Program-made: the position numbers and the translations under genes | Part shown: positions 29,390-43,846 of the stretch, one piece after another | Layout: every line of letters begins with the position of its first letter | How positions within the stretch are numbered: the first letter of the stretch is position 1 | From: Salpingoeca rosetta | Taxonomy: Eukaryota > Protista > Choanoflagellata | NCBI GenBank assembly: GCA_033442325.1 | Contig: JAWQFM010000016.1 | Coordinates: 1,097,679 to 1,161,678 of the forward strand | DNA: 64,000 nucleotides | Reading direction: 5' to 3' | Notes under the pieces: generated by a model | What the model was told of the DNA's origin: nothing | Seen by the model: the letters and a program-made list of their open reading frames with translations, nothing else | The model's database searches: none

Positions 29390-32097
29390 CCCGGGCACAC
29401 AGCCGTTTGCGAGCTTGCACGGGCTCGTGCAACACGTGCTGTCGCCTCTGCTCGCCGGCGTCCTCGAGGCAGAGCAAGCACAGGAACAGTCAGGTAGGCA
29501 GGGCGCATTGGCACATGTGTGTGTGTGTGTGTGTGTCTGTGTCTGCTGCGATCATCCACGCGTGCTGTTTTAGTTTTTTTTCAACGAAGCTGTGCCCGTC
29601 GCCATGCTTGCACAGCGATCATCTTCAATTCCTCACATCCCCAACCACCTACAAACACGCAATACGCACACACGTTTGCGCACGCACAACCACACACACA
29701 CACATATACGCACATACACACACCCATCTGCAGGCGTGCGCGGACTGAAGAAGTCTGTGAAGGACCTTGAGCTGTCGCTGCTTCAGCTGCAGCAAGACGT
29801 GCACATCCCCCGCGTTGTCCTCACGCCCCATCCGGCGATTCGCGAGGTGCTCGAGCGCGCTGAACGCGAGAACAGGAAGCCATCCATCCATGACTTTGAG
29901 GACAGGTACCCGCGCAGGCATTGTTGTTGTTGTTGTTGTCGCTGGTGATGGTGTGGTGAGGTTGGGGAAAATGGCTTTTGTGGTTGATGTTGTGGGTATG
30001 TGTCTGTGTATTAGATGGGTGTGTTTTGTGTTGTCCCCTTCATGTCTTGCCTTTTGTTAGCAGCGCCGCCCCCCCCCCCCCCCGAGCCTCAGATCTCACT
30101 GGCATACTGCACGTATTTTCTTGTGCGTCTGGACATGTGTTTGTCAGGCTGGAGGACCCTAAGTTTCTCGATGCGCTCTCCAAGACGCTCGCCCGCTGGA
30201 CACGCGAAATCCAGCAGGTTCGCGCACGCACGCACATACCCCAAGAGTTTACTTCCTTCTCATTGACATTGTTTGCGCTCACTCACTCACTCACGCACTC
30301 ACACCCACACTTACACACTTACACACTCACACACACACGCACACACTCTCTCACACTTACACACTCACACACACGCACACACACTCTCACACACATACAC
30401 ACTCACTCCCGCACTCGCTGTATCGGGCAGGTGACGAAGCTTGAGCGGGACCCGTCGACGGGGAGTGCCATGCAAGAGGTGTCGTTCTGGCGCAACCTGG
30501 GCACGGCGCTGCAGGCAATCAAGAAGCAGCGCGAAAGCCCCGCCGTCACACTCACCATCGGCATCCTCCAGCACGGCCGCAGATTCCACGCTACAATGAG
30601 GTGCGTGGCACTGCGGGTTGTGTTGCGGGGTGTTGGAAACATACCACTCCTTCACTGTGCAGCACTTGATCCCTCACACGCACGCACAAACACTCACACA
30701 CACACACACACACATACACACACACTCATGCACACTTATGCACACTTATGTACACACACTCATGCATATTCATGCGCACACACAACACAACATACACACA
30801 CAACACACAACACACAACACACGCACCAACACCATCCTCACCCTGGTCCACTTCCATCCGTTCGCGCGCACAGCTTTGACCAGGACAGCGGGCTGGATGC
30901 GAAGATCAAGCTTGTCAACGACTACAACGAACTCATGCATGGTTTTCCCGCCAAAGACTTGCTGGCGGCGTCCGATACGGAGCAGCTGCGCCAGGCCCTT
31001 GTCACCATCTTCTCCCATCTCAAGCGCATCCGCAAGACAAAATATCCTGTGAAACGCTGTCAGAATTTGATCCTGGCCATCTCCCGTGACATGGCCGCAC
31101 AGCTCACAGCCATCCTCTCAAACCTCGAGCTCATGCACATGAGGTGCGTCGCATTGTTTCGTGTGTGTGTGTGTTGTGTGCGCCTGTGTGTGTGTGTGTG
31201 TGCGTGTGTTTGTGTGCGCCTGTGTGTGTGTCTGTGCCTGCGTGTCATGTGTGATGTCTGTGCCTGCACCGCTGTCTGCACCGCTGCCTGCACTCGTGTC
31301 TGCACCCGTTGTCTGCTTTGCCTGCTTGTACCCAACTCCTCGCCCTCAACGTGCTCCAATTCCCCCCCGCCCCGCGTCCTTCCTCCGCCGCTGCACCAGC
31401 TATGCCGACTTTGACCGCACGATCCACGGCTGCTCGCGCCTCTTCAAGACGTGGGAGGAGGAGGTTGAGCGCTTCCGCACACAGCTGCGCATGCAACTGC
31501 GCCAGAACCCGGACCCGAACATGCGCACCCTCAAGATCCTGCACCCCGAGCACCGGCCCCTGCAGGAGCGCATCGAGGAGCTCCGTACGTCGCACACACA
31601 CACACGCACATGCATTGTTTTGTGTGGTTTGCCTTGGACTGATGGCGGTGCGCCTGGTTGCAAGGCGTCTATTGTGGGTGCTTGTGCTTGTGTGGTTTCA
31701 GTATCAATGAGCTGATACTGCGTATATCCGTCTTGCGTGGTGTCCCTCCTCTCCATCCCTTTCCCATTCTTTCCTGGCCTCTCGATGACACTGCAGGCAA
31801 GTTCCGTGCGTCCCACGAGCAGCTGCGCAATGTGATTGAGCGCGTGTTGCGGGCGCCTGCGCCTGGCGAGGCCGTCACAGGTTCCCTGGATGCCCAGGAC
31901 GTGCAGGCTGTGAAGGACGTCGATTCCGCCTACAACATGATGAAAGACATTGACGCGCTCGACCTGTCGGACCAGGGCGCCAGGCTCTGGAGCACACGCC
32001 TCCAAGCGTCAGTTGCCATGACGAAAGCGTGCATATTTGTGTGTGTGTGTGCGTGTGTGCGTGTGTGTGTACATCTGTGTGTGTGTGTGTGTGTGTG

Positions 32098-32129
<32 letters not shown>

Positions 32130-35100
32130 CACCTGTGTGTGTGTGTGTGTGCACCTGTGTGTGTGTGGTTTCCTGTGTGCCTTTTTTTTTTTTGCGCGCG
32201 CGAACTGCAGCAATTACAGCATGTGTCCCTCACTCACCCCCTTTTTGTTCCCAAACCACGCCCGCCTCCCTCCCCAACTTCTTCAGGTACCACGACCGGA
32301 TTGCGCTGGTTGAGGCGCGGGTGTCATCGAAGCTACGCGACCAGCTTGGTGCTGCGCGCTCAGCCAATGACATGTTCCGCATCCTCTCCCGCTACGAGAC
32401 GCTCGTCAACCGCAAGAACATCAAGAGCGAGATCAAGAGCCACAGCGGGCAGCTGCTCTCCCGCGTGCTGACAGACATTGACAAGCTGCACCACAAGTTT
32501 GCGGTGGAGTTTGAGGCGACCACCAACGCCCGCCTGAGCAAGGCCCGCGACGTGCCGCCCGTCTCCGCCAAGATTGTGTGGATCAAGCAGTTTGAGCACA
32601 AGCTCGACCTGTACCTCTCGCGCGTGGACAACGTGCTTGGCATTGGCTGGGACAAGCTGCCGGAGGGCAAGAAGCTCCGGCGGTCCGCAGAGGAGCTGCG
32701 CGCCAAGCTCGACCACGATGCCGTGTTCAACCACTGGCAGGAGCAGGCAGCCAAGCTCGAGCACTCGTCCTCCACCACCAAGGCCCTTGGCGTTGTGCAG
32801 AACAAGGCAGGGAAGCTGGAGCTGGTGGTGGACGTGCCACGCGTCGCCATCGAGGCCAACAACGAGAGCCGCAACCTGAAGTTCCTGGGCCATCGCCCGC
32901 GCGTCGGGCTTGCGCGCAAGTTCATGTTCGCGCGCACGTCGTACTCGTTCTGCATGTCGCTGGACGGCAGCGTGCGCACGTACAAGCACACGCTGGCCAA
33001 GCTTGCTGACGCGCCCAAGCTCAAGCCGCTGGTGGCCAAGTACCACGACCGCATCCACCGGCTGCTGCACGACCACATTGACCTGACGTGGGGCGACCAC
33101 CGCGTCGAGCGCTTTGTGGGCGATCTGGCCGAGAACACGCACATCTTCCAGGAGAAGGTGGACAGCGTCATCGCCGCAGACAGGCACATCCAGAAACAGG
33201 TGGCCGAGCTCGACACGTGCGCGCTGAGCAAGGTGACGCTGTCGCAGGTACTGGACGCGGTGCAGGCCGTGGTGGATGACCTTGACCGCCAGGCGTTCAG
33301 CCACTTGTCGACGTGGGTGCGTGACGTCGACGACCGCATCAGCGACAAGCTGGAGGACCGCCTGCGCGAGGCCATGGCCCGCTGGACCAAGGCGCTCAAC
33401 GAGTACGACCTGGTGCTGCCGCCCGGCGCCGCCATGGACGTGATCCACGAGCACCGCCGCATCATCAAGCGCATCCCGCTGGAGATTCTCATCCACAACC
33501 AGATGCTGGTGGTGCACCCGCCCCCGGAGGCCGCCCGCGAGGCGCTGTTGCAGCAGCTGCAGCAGTACCTGGTGGTCATCACCAGCCTGCCGCGCATCCG
33601 CACGTCCAACCACGAGCTGCAGCCGACGCACACGGCGCGCTCGTCAAGCTCCTACTGCGGGCTGCTTGCACGCATGGCTGACGGCAACCAGCACCTGCTC
33701 AGCGCGTACTCTGCGATTGAGGCGCGCGTGGCCGCCATTGAGGAGTACGTGCAGGTGTGGATCCAGTACCAGGCGCTGTGGGACATGCAGACGGACAGCA
33801 TCGTGGCCGCGCTCGGCGACGACCTGAACATGTGGAACCAGCTGCTGGTGGACATCAAGAAGGCGCGGCGCACGTTTGACACGGCCGAGACGTCCAAGGC
33901 GTTTGGCCCCGTGGAGGTCAACTACGGGCAGGTGCAGGCGCGCGTGATTATGAAGTACGATGCCCTGCACCGTGACATGCTCAACAAGTTTGGCAGCAAG
34001 ATGGCCAACAAGATGCGCCGCTTCTTCGAGAGCGTGGGCGAGTCGCGCCAGGCGCTGGAGAAGGTGACGCTGGAGGGCGTGAGCACGGCGGACGCCGTGG
34101 CGTGCATCAAGACGCTGGGCGAGATGAAGCGCCGCCGCAAGCTGTGGATGCACGATCTGGAGCAGTTTACGGCCGGACAGAAGATTCTGGAGCGCCAGCG
34201 GTACCAGTTCCCGCGCGACTGGCTGTACCTGGACAACGTCGAGGGCGAGTGGGAGGCGTTCAACGAGATCCTGAACAAGAAGGATGGCGTGGTGCAGGGC
34301 CAGCTTGTGCCGCTGCAGATGAAGGTGGTGAGCGAGGACCGCGCCATGGAGACGCGCGTGGCGTCGCTGCTTGATGACTGGGCGAAGAACAAGCCCGTGG
34401 GCGGCACCGTTCGCCCGGACGCCGCCGTCAACACGCTTGCCATCTACGAGGCGCGCTTTGACAAGCTCAAGGCCGAGTTTGACTCGCTCACGGAGGCGAA
34501 GGTTGCGCTCGACCTGCCCGTCGCCCGCGACGACCGCCTGGCGCAGAGCCTGCACGAGCTGCACGAGCTGCAGAGCAGCTGGTCCGAGCTGTCGCAGATC
34601 TGGGAGCGCATCAACGACCTGAAGCAGATTCCGTGGTCGGCGGTGGTGCCGCGCAAGCTCCGCGGAGCCCTGGAGGACCTGGTGAAGGACCTGAAGAACC
34701 TGCCCATGGGCGTGCGGGAGTACGAGTCGTACGAGTACACCATGTCGCAGGTGAAGAGCTACGTCAAGGCGAACAAGCACATTGTGGACCTCAAGTCCGA
34801 TGCGCTCAAGGACCGCCACTGGCGCAAGCTCATCCAGCTGCTTGGCGTGGACTGGGTTGTCACGGACATGGTGCTCGGCAATGTATGGGAGGTGGATCTG
34901 GACCGCCATGCAAAGGCCGTACAAGAGGTCATGGGCCAGGCACAGGTTGGTTCATCTTGGTGGTAGTGGTGGTGGTGGTGGTGGTGGTGGTGGTGGTGGT
35001 GGTGCAAGGCGAAGTTGAGCGAAATATGTGCCTTTATGTGACTGTGTGTATGCGTCTGTGTGTGTATGCGTCTGTTTGTGTCTGCCCTGTACCTGCGCCC

Positions 35101-35155
35101 TTGCTTGCTTGCTGGTCAGCATATTCCTACCCCCCCCCCCTCCTCAACACACACA

Positions 35156-35217
<62 letters not shown>

Positions 35218-35842
35218 GTACGATAGGGTGAGATGGGACTTGAAGAGTATCTGCGGCAGGTGAAGGAGCTGTGGGCGGGCTTTGAGCTTGACCTCGTCGA
35301 CTACCAGCACAAGACGTATCTGATTCGCGGGTGGGACGACCTGTTCAACCAGCTCAAGGAGCACATCACGTCCATGGAGGCCATGCGCATGTCGCCCTAC
35401 TTTGCTGCGTTTGAGGAGGAGGCGACCACGTGGTACGACAAGCTCAACAAGATGTTCACCATCTACGACGTGTGGATGGACGTGCAGCGCCAGTGGGTGT
35501 ACCTCGAGGGCATCTTCACCGGCAGCGCTGACATCAAGCACCTCCTCCCCAACGAAACCTCTCGCTTCCAAACGTGAGACACTCCTTTAGTGTTTGTGTG
35601 TAGTTTGAGTGTGGGCGTGTGATCGTACGAGTGAGTGTGTACGTGGGTGTGGATGTGAGAGAGTGGGTGAGCGACACAACAAACGGAGACAGTGATGGCG
35701 GATGTGCTGCTGTGCTGCCGCACCCTCTTGTGCTTGACCAGTACTGTTGTGCGTTCTGCCGCTGCCATGATTTTGCGTTTCCAACAATCGCCTCTCCCGA
35801 ATATGGTCAATCTGCGCTCACACACGTATCCACCTTAACATA

Positions 35843-35941
<99 letters not shown>

Positions 35942-38900
35942 CACACACGCCTCTTTTTTTTGTTTTTGTTTTTTTGCTCTCGACAACCCTCTCGCCCCCC
36001 CCCCCCACCCCCGCTTACACAAACAGCATCAGTGCGGAGTTTCTTGGGCTGATGAAGCGCGTGCAGCAGACGCGCATGGCAATTGACGTGCTTAACATCC
36101 CCGATGGCCAGAAGTCGCTTGAGCGCCTGGCAGACCTGCTTGGCAAGATCCAGAAGGCGCTGGGCGAGTATCTGGAGCGGGAGCGGCAGGCGTTCCCGCG
36201 CTTCTACTTTGTTGGCGACGAGGACCTGCTGGAGATTATCGGCAACTCGAAGAACATTGACCGCATGCAGAAGCACTTTATCAAGATGTTTGCGGGCGTG
36301 CAGACCATCACCCTCAACGACGACCAGAGCTTGGTCACGGGCATCAGCTCCAAGGAGGGCGAGTTCGTGCCCTTTGTGCAGCCCGTGACGTGCAAGGACG
36401 TCAAGATCAACGTGTGGCTGACGCAGGTGCAGGAGCAGATGCGCGTGTCGCTGGCCACCAGCCTGAACAAGGCCGTCACAGACCTGCGCGCCATGAGCGA
36501 GGACAAGTTCGACTTTGCCGCGTACAAGGCGTGGCTGGACACGTACCAGGCGCAGCTGGTTGTGCTCGCGGCGCAAATCAACTGGAGCGAGCGCGTGGAG
36601 GCTGCGCTGGAGCAGGGCGGCGGTGCACAGCACCTGCAGCCGGTCATCGACCACGTCAACGAGGTGCTGTCTGCGCTCGCCGACACGGTCCTGCAGTACC
36701 AGCCTCCGATTCTGCGCAAGAAGCTGGAGCACACCATCACGGAGCTCGTGCACCAGCGCGACGTGACGCGTGAGCTCGTGGCCACGGGCGCAACCAGCCC
36801 GCAGGACTTTGAGTGGCTCAAGTACATGCGCTTCTACTTCAACCCGCGCGAAGAGAACGTGCTGCAGCAGCTCACCATCTGCATGGCCAACACGCGCACC
36901 TTCTACGGGTTTGAGTACCTGGGGCTCGTGGACAAGCTTGTGCAGACGCCGCTCACGGACCGCTGCTTCCTCACCATGATGCAGGCGCTGGACATGAAGC
37001 AGGGCGGCAGCCCCTTTGGCCCCGCAGGCACGGGCAAGACGGAGTCTGTCAAGGCGCTCGGCGCGCAGCTGGGCCGCTTCGTGCTGGTGTTCAACTGCGA
37101 TGAGACGTTTGACTTCCACGCCATGGGCCGCATCTTCGTCGGTCTGTGCCAGGTGGGCGCGTGGGGCTGCTTTGACGAGTTCAACCGCCTGGAGGAGCGC
37201 ATGCTCTCTGCGGTGTCGCAGCAGATCCAGACCATCCAGCTCACCCTCAAGGACGCCGCTCCAGGCACCACACCAACCACGGACCTGCTGGGCCGCACGG
37301 TGACAGTGAGCCCGAGCATGGCCATCTTCATCACCATGAACCCGGGCTACGCGGGCCGCTCCAACCTCCCGGACAACCTCAAGAAGCTCTTCCGCCCACT
37401 GGCCATGACCAAGCCGGACAGGCAGCTGATTGCCCAGGTCATGCTCTTCTCGCAGGGGTTCCGCACCGCGGAGCAGCTCTCGCGCAAGATTGTGCCGCTG
37501 TTCATCCTGTGCCAGGAGCAGCTCTCCGCGCAGTCGCACTACGACTTTGGCCTGCGCTCCCTCAAGGCCGTGCTCGTCAGCGCGGGCAACATCAAGCGGC
37601 AGCACCTGGAGGACCTGCGGGCGAAGATGCAGCAGCAGGAGGGCGGCGGCGACGAGCAGCAGGAGCGCGACCTGGCCGCGGCCATCGACGAGCAGGAGGT
37701 GCTGATCCAGAGCGTGACCCAGACCATGGTGCCCAAGCTTGTGGCGGACGACCTGCCTTTGCTGGACAGCCTGCTGAGCGACGTGTTCCCCGGGGTGCAG
37801 CCGCCGGCGCTGCCGCTCGCTGACCTGAAGAAGGCCATCGAGGAGGTGTGCGCAGACTGGCACTACGTGCTGAGCGACATGTTCATGATGAAGATCCTTC
37901 AAGTGTACCAGGTGTCGTGCCTGCAGCACGGGCTCATGCTGGTTGGCCCCTCTGGCAGCGGCAAGTCTGCGGCGTGGAAGGTTCTGAAGGAGGCCCTGCA
38001 GCGCATGGAGAAGGCGGAGGTGTTCACGCACGTGATTGACCCCAAGGCAATCACCAAGGACGAGCTGTATGGCACGCTGGACCCGACCACGCGCGAGTGG
38101 ACGGATGGCATCTTCACCCACGTCGTGCGCAAGATCTACGACAACCAGCGCAACGAGCAGGACCATCGCCAGTGGATTGTGCTTGACGGCGACGTGGACC
38201 CAGAGTGGGTGGAGAACTTGAACAGCGTGCTGGACGACAACAAGCTGCTGACGCTGCCCAACGGCGAGCGGCTCAGCCTGCCACCGTGCCTGCGCATCAT
38301 GTTTGAGGTGAAGGACCTGAAGCACGCCACGCTTGCCACCGTCTCGCGGTGCGGTATGGTGTGGTTCAGCGAGGACGTTGTGACGATTGACATGTACTTT
38401 GAGCGCTACCTCGGGCGCCTCGCCACAACGCCGTTCCCCGCAGAGGCCGCAGACGCCCTCAAGCCAAACGACATGCTGGAGGTACGCGAGGGGAGGGGAA
38501 GAGGAAGAGGAGCAGAGGGAAAGGGAGGGGAGCACAGCGATCACAACATGCATCCGCCACATTTCGTCTGTGGTGGAACATTCGTACACCTTGTCACTCA
38601 CTCACTCACTCACTCACTCACTCACTCACTCACTCACTCACGCATACACACTGGTACACATTCACTCACGCACAATCACAATTCTCAAACCACCCAACAC
38701 CCACCCCGCCCCCAAACCAATGCAGATCCAGCAGGGCGTTGCGGAGGTGCTGTCGCCCTATTTGAGCGATGGTGGACTGGCCATGACGGCGATTGACTAC
38801 GCACGGGACCTGTTCCACATTATGGAGTTTTCCAACATGCGCAGCGTCAACTCGTTCCTGTCCATGCTCAACTTCATCCCGCGCGCCATTGCCGGTTACA

Positions 38901-41900
38901 ATGCATCGCACCCCGACTTCCCCATGACACCCGAGCAGGTGCGCGCGTACACGGAGAAGCGGCTCGTGTTTGCACTGCTGTGGGCGCTGGTTGGCGACAG
39001 CAAGGGCACGGTGCGCTCTGAGTTTAGCGAGTGGGTGCGCGAGCAAGTGGCTGGCGGCATGGACCTGCCCCAGGGCGACATCATGGACTTCGAGGTGCAG
39101 CTGCCCGTGGGCACATGGCAGCCGTGGAAGGACAAGGTACCGCGCATTGAGATTGACAACAAGAAAATCTCCGGCACGGACGTGGTCGTGCCCACCCTGG
39201 ACACGGTGCGCCACGAGGACGTGCTGTACACGTGGCTCAAGGAGCACCTGCCGATTGTGTTGTGCGGCCCGCCGGGCTCCGGCAAGACCATGACGCTGTT
39301 CAGCGCGCTGCGCGCGCTGCCGCACTTTGAGGTGGCCGGTCTCAACTTCAGCAGCAGCACGACGCCCGAGCTGATTATGAAGACGTTTGAGCAGTACTGC
39401 GAGTACCGCAACACACCCAACGGGATTGTGCTTGCGCCCGCGCAGCTCAACAAGTGGCTGGTCATCTTCATGGACGAGTGCAACCTGCCCGCGCCAGACA
39501 CGTACGAGACGGTGCGCGTGGTGACGTTTATCCGGCAGATGGTGGAGCAGGGCGGCTTCTGGCGCACGGAGGACTTCAAGTGGGTGCGCCTCGACCGCAT
39601 CCAGTTTGTTGGCGCGTGCAACCCGCCGACGGACCCTGGCCGCGTGCCGCTTGACCAGCGCCTGCTGTGCCACGTGCCCGTGGTGTACGTGGACTACCCC
39701 GGCGCGGAGTCCCTGCGCCAGATTTACGGCACGTTCAACCGCGCCATGCTGGGCCTGCAGCCGAGCCTGAAGACGCACGCGGACGCGCTGACGGACGCCA
39801 TGGTGGACTTTTTCACGCAGACGTCGCAGCGGTTCACGGCCGACATGCAGCCGCACTACATCTACTCCCCGCGTGAGATGACGCGCTGGGTGAAGGGCAT
39901 TGCGGAGGCGATTGAGCCCCTGCCCTCGCTGGACCTGGACGGGCTGGTGCGGCTGTGGGCGCACGAGGCGCTGCGGCTGTTCCAGGACCGCCTGGTCGGC
40001 GACGACGAGCGGCAGTGGACGGAGGAGCAGATTGACGCCGTTGCGCGCAAGCACTTTGCCGGGCTGAACCACGTGCAGGCGCTGCAGCGGCCCATCCTGT
40101 ACAGCAACTGGCTCTCGCGCGACTACGTGCCCGTGGAGCAGGAGGAGCTGCGGGACTTTGTGCAGGCGCGCCTGAAGGTTTTTTACGAGGAAGAGCTTGA
40201 CGCGCAGCTGGTGCTGTTTGACGAGGTGCTGGACCACGTGCTGCGCATCGACCGCGTGTTCCGCCAGAACCAGGGCCACATGCTGCTCATTGGCATGCCG
40301 GGCGCGGGCAAGACGACGCTTGCGCGGTTTGTGGCGTGGATGAACGGCCTGAGCGTGTTCCAGGTGAAGGTGCACAAGAACTACGACGCGGAGGCGTTTG
40401 ACGAGGACCTGCGGCACGTGCTGCGGCGCGCGGGCACGCTCGGCGAGAAGATTGTGTTTATCATGGACGAGGGCAACGTGATGGACACGGCGTTCCTGGA
40501 GCGCATGAACACGCTGCTGGCCAACGGCGAGGTGCCGGGCCTGTTTGAAGGGGACGAGTACACGACGCTGATGAACCAGTGCAAGGAGGGCGCGCAGCGG
40601 GACGGCCTGGTGCTGGAGGGCAACGACGAGCTCTACCGCTGGTTCTCGCTGCAGGTCATGAACAACCTGCACGTGGTCTTCACCATGAACCCGAGCGAGG
40701 GCGGGCTGCAGGAGCGCGCGTCCACCTCCCCCGCCCTCTTCAACCGCTGCGTGCTCAACTGGTTTGGCGACTGGTCCGACCACGCCGTGTACCAGGTTGG
40801 CTACGAGCTCACGGCGCAGGTGGACCTGGAGCGGCCGGGGTACCTTGCCCCGCCAACCCTGCCCGCGGTTGCGTACGACTGCCTGCCGTCGCCCATCGAC
40901 CACCGCGCAGCCGTGATCAACGCGTGCGTGTACGTGCACAAGTCGACGCGGCAGGCGGCGAGGCGGCTGCTGAAGCGGGAGGGCCGCAGCACGGTGATCA
41001 CGCCGCGCCACTTTCTCGAGTTTGTGCAGCAGATTGTGCACGTGTACAACGAGAAGCGCAGCAACCTTGAGGAGCAGCAGCTGCACCTGAACGTGGGGCT
41101 GGACAAGATTGAGCAGACGTTCAAGGCGGTGGAGCAGGAGCAGGCGAAGATGGCCGAGGAAGAGGTCAAGCTGCGCGAGATGAACGCGCGCGCCAACGAC
41201 AAGATGAAGGAGGTGATGGTGAACCGGGAGAAGACGCAGGCCAAGCAGGACGAGTCTGCCAAGCTGGAGGCGGAGCTGGTACAGAAGCAGAAGCAGGTGC
41301 GGGAGAACAAGGCCGGCGTGGAGGCTGAGCTGGCCGAGGTGGAGCCCGCGGTGAGGGAGGCCAAGACGGCCGTGCAGGGCATTGAGAAGCGGCACCTGAC
41401 GGAGCTCAAGGCGCTGGGCAACCCGCCGCAGGCCGTGAAGCTTGCGCTGGAGTCTGTGCTGTGCATGTTGGGGGAGGCCAACGCGGACTGGAAGTTTATC
41501 CGCAGCTACATCACGCGCGACGACTTTATCAGCTCCATCATCAACTTCAACCCGGACAGCGTGACGCCCAGGATCCGCGACACGATGGAGAAGCGGTACC
41601 TGTCCAACCCAGACTACGACGTGGACAAGGCGTTTCGCGCGTCGCAGGCCGCGGGCCCGCTGGTCAAGTGGGCGCGGGCGATGGTTGGCTATGCGACGAT
41701 GCTGCTGAAGATTGAGCCCCTGCGCAACGAGCTGCGCAGCCTGACGCAAGAGGCGGAGGCGATGGCGCAGCAGCACGAGGAGGTGCAGGTCCTGCTCAAG
41801 GAGCTTGAGGGCACGCTGGAGGCGCTCACGCTGGAGTACAACGAGCTGCAGAAGGACATTGGGCGCACGGAGGAGCAGCTGCGCATCACCAAGTCCAAGG

Positions 41901-43776
41901 TAGAGCGCAGCATGAAGCTGCTGGAGAGCCTGAACGACGAGCGCGAGCGGTGGTCCAAGGGCAGCGAGGAGTTTACGCAGCAGATGGCCACCATTGCCGG
42001 CGACTCGCTGCTGGCCGGCGCGTTCCTGGCGTACGCGGGCTACTTTGACCAGACGTACCGCGCGTCGCTGTTCAAGCTGTGGCGGCGGTGCCTGGAGAAC
42101 TCCGCCGTCAACTACAAGCGGGACCTGGCCATTCCAGAGTACCTGTCCACGCCCGACGAGCGGCTGGCGTGGCGCAGCAACGGCCTGCCGGACGACGAGC
42201 TGTGCACGGAGAACGCCATCATGCTCAAGCGCTCTGTGCGGTACCCACTTGTGATTGACCCGGCGGGCCAGGCGGTGGCGTTTATCCTGCAGCAATACGC
42301 GGACGTGAAGATCCAGCGGACGAGCTTCCTGGACAAGTCGTTCAAGAAGACGCTGGAGAGTGCGCTGCGGTTTGGCACGCCGCTGCTGGTGCAGGACGCG
42401 GAGGGCTACGACCCGCTGCTCAACCCCGTGCTCAACCACGAGGTGCGCAAGACGGGCGGGCGCGTGCTGGTGTCGCTCGGGCAGGACGACGGCATTGACC
42501 TGTCGCCGGCGTTCCACATCATCCTGACCACGCGCAACTCCACGCACCAGTTCCCCGCAGACCTGTGCAGCCGCGTGACCATGGTCAACTTCACCGTGAC
42601 GCGCGGGTCGCTGCAGTCGCAGTGCCTGAACCAGATGCTGCGGTCCGAGCGGCCGGACGTGGACGCCAAGCGCTCGGAGCAGCTCAAGCTGCAGGGGGCG
42701 TTTAGGGCGCAGCTGCGGCGCCTGGAGCGGGACCTGCTCAGCACGCTCAACGAGGTGGGCGGGTCGATTCTGGACGACGACAAGGTGCTGACGGCGCTGG
42801 AGACGCTGAAGCAGCAAGCGGCGGAGGTGGCGCAGAAGGTGCGGGAGAGCGACTCGGTCATGGCAGAGATCTCTGCGGTGACGGCGGAGTACCAGCCGCT
42901 GGCGCACAAGTGCAGCAACATCTACTTCACGCTGGAGCAGCTGCACGTGGTGCACTTTTTGTACCGCTACTCGCTGCAGTTTTTCCTCAACATCTTCCAT
43001 GTGGTGCTGAACGAGAACGTGCACCTGACGGGGCTGGACAACCCCGGGGAGCGGCTGCGCATCATCACAAAGGACCTGTTCCTCGCCGTGTACACGCGCG
43101 TGGCGCCGGGCCTGCTGCACGAGCACCGCATGTCGTTTGCCGTGACGCTGCTGCGCTTCTACCTGCAGGGCACGCGCGACGAGCTGCCGGAGGACGAGTT
43201 TTCGCACCTCTTCTCCAGCGCGGGGGCGCAGGTGGCCGGCGTCACCACCGCCTTTGACTTTTTGCTGTCGGAGACGATTCGCACGCCGCAGGCGCTGGCC
43301 GCGGAGCACCTGAGCAAGTCGCTGCCCAACGCGTTTGCGTCGCTGCTGCAGGACATCCGCAACAACGAGGCCGCGTTTGTGGAGTGGATCAACTCGCCCT
43401 ACCCGGAGCTGGACCGCCCCGAGTACATGTCGTACACGGAGGGCGTGAGCGACACGGTGCAGGCGTTCCGCCACCTGCTGCTGCTGCGGGCGCTGCGGCC
43501 TGACCGCGTGCTGGCCATGTGCCACGAGCTTGTGGTGGGCGTGTTTGGTGGCTCCTTTGCCAGCAGCGCGGCGGAGGCGGCTGAGCTGCTTGTGAACAGC
43601 GTGCTCAAGGAGGTTGACTGCCGCACGCCCCTGCTGCTGTGCGGTGTGCGCGGGTTTGATGCCTCGTCGAAGGTGCGGGACCTCGCCCTCACGCAGGGCC
43701 GCGTCCTGTCCGAGGTGGCCATCGGCTCTGAGGAGGTAACGGTTTCAGTTTGGGTCGGGGGATGTAAATGCTTGTG

Positions 43777-43846
<70 letters not shown>

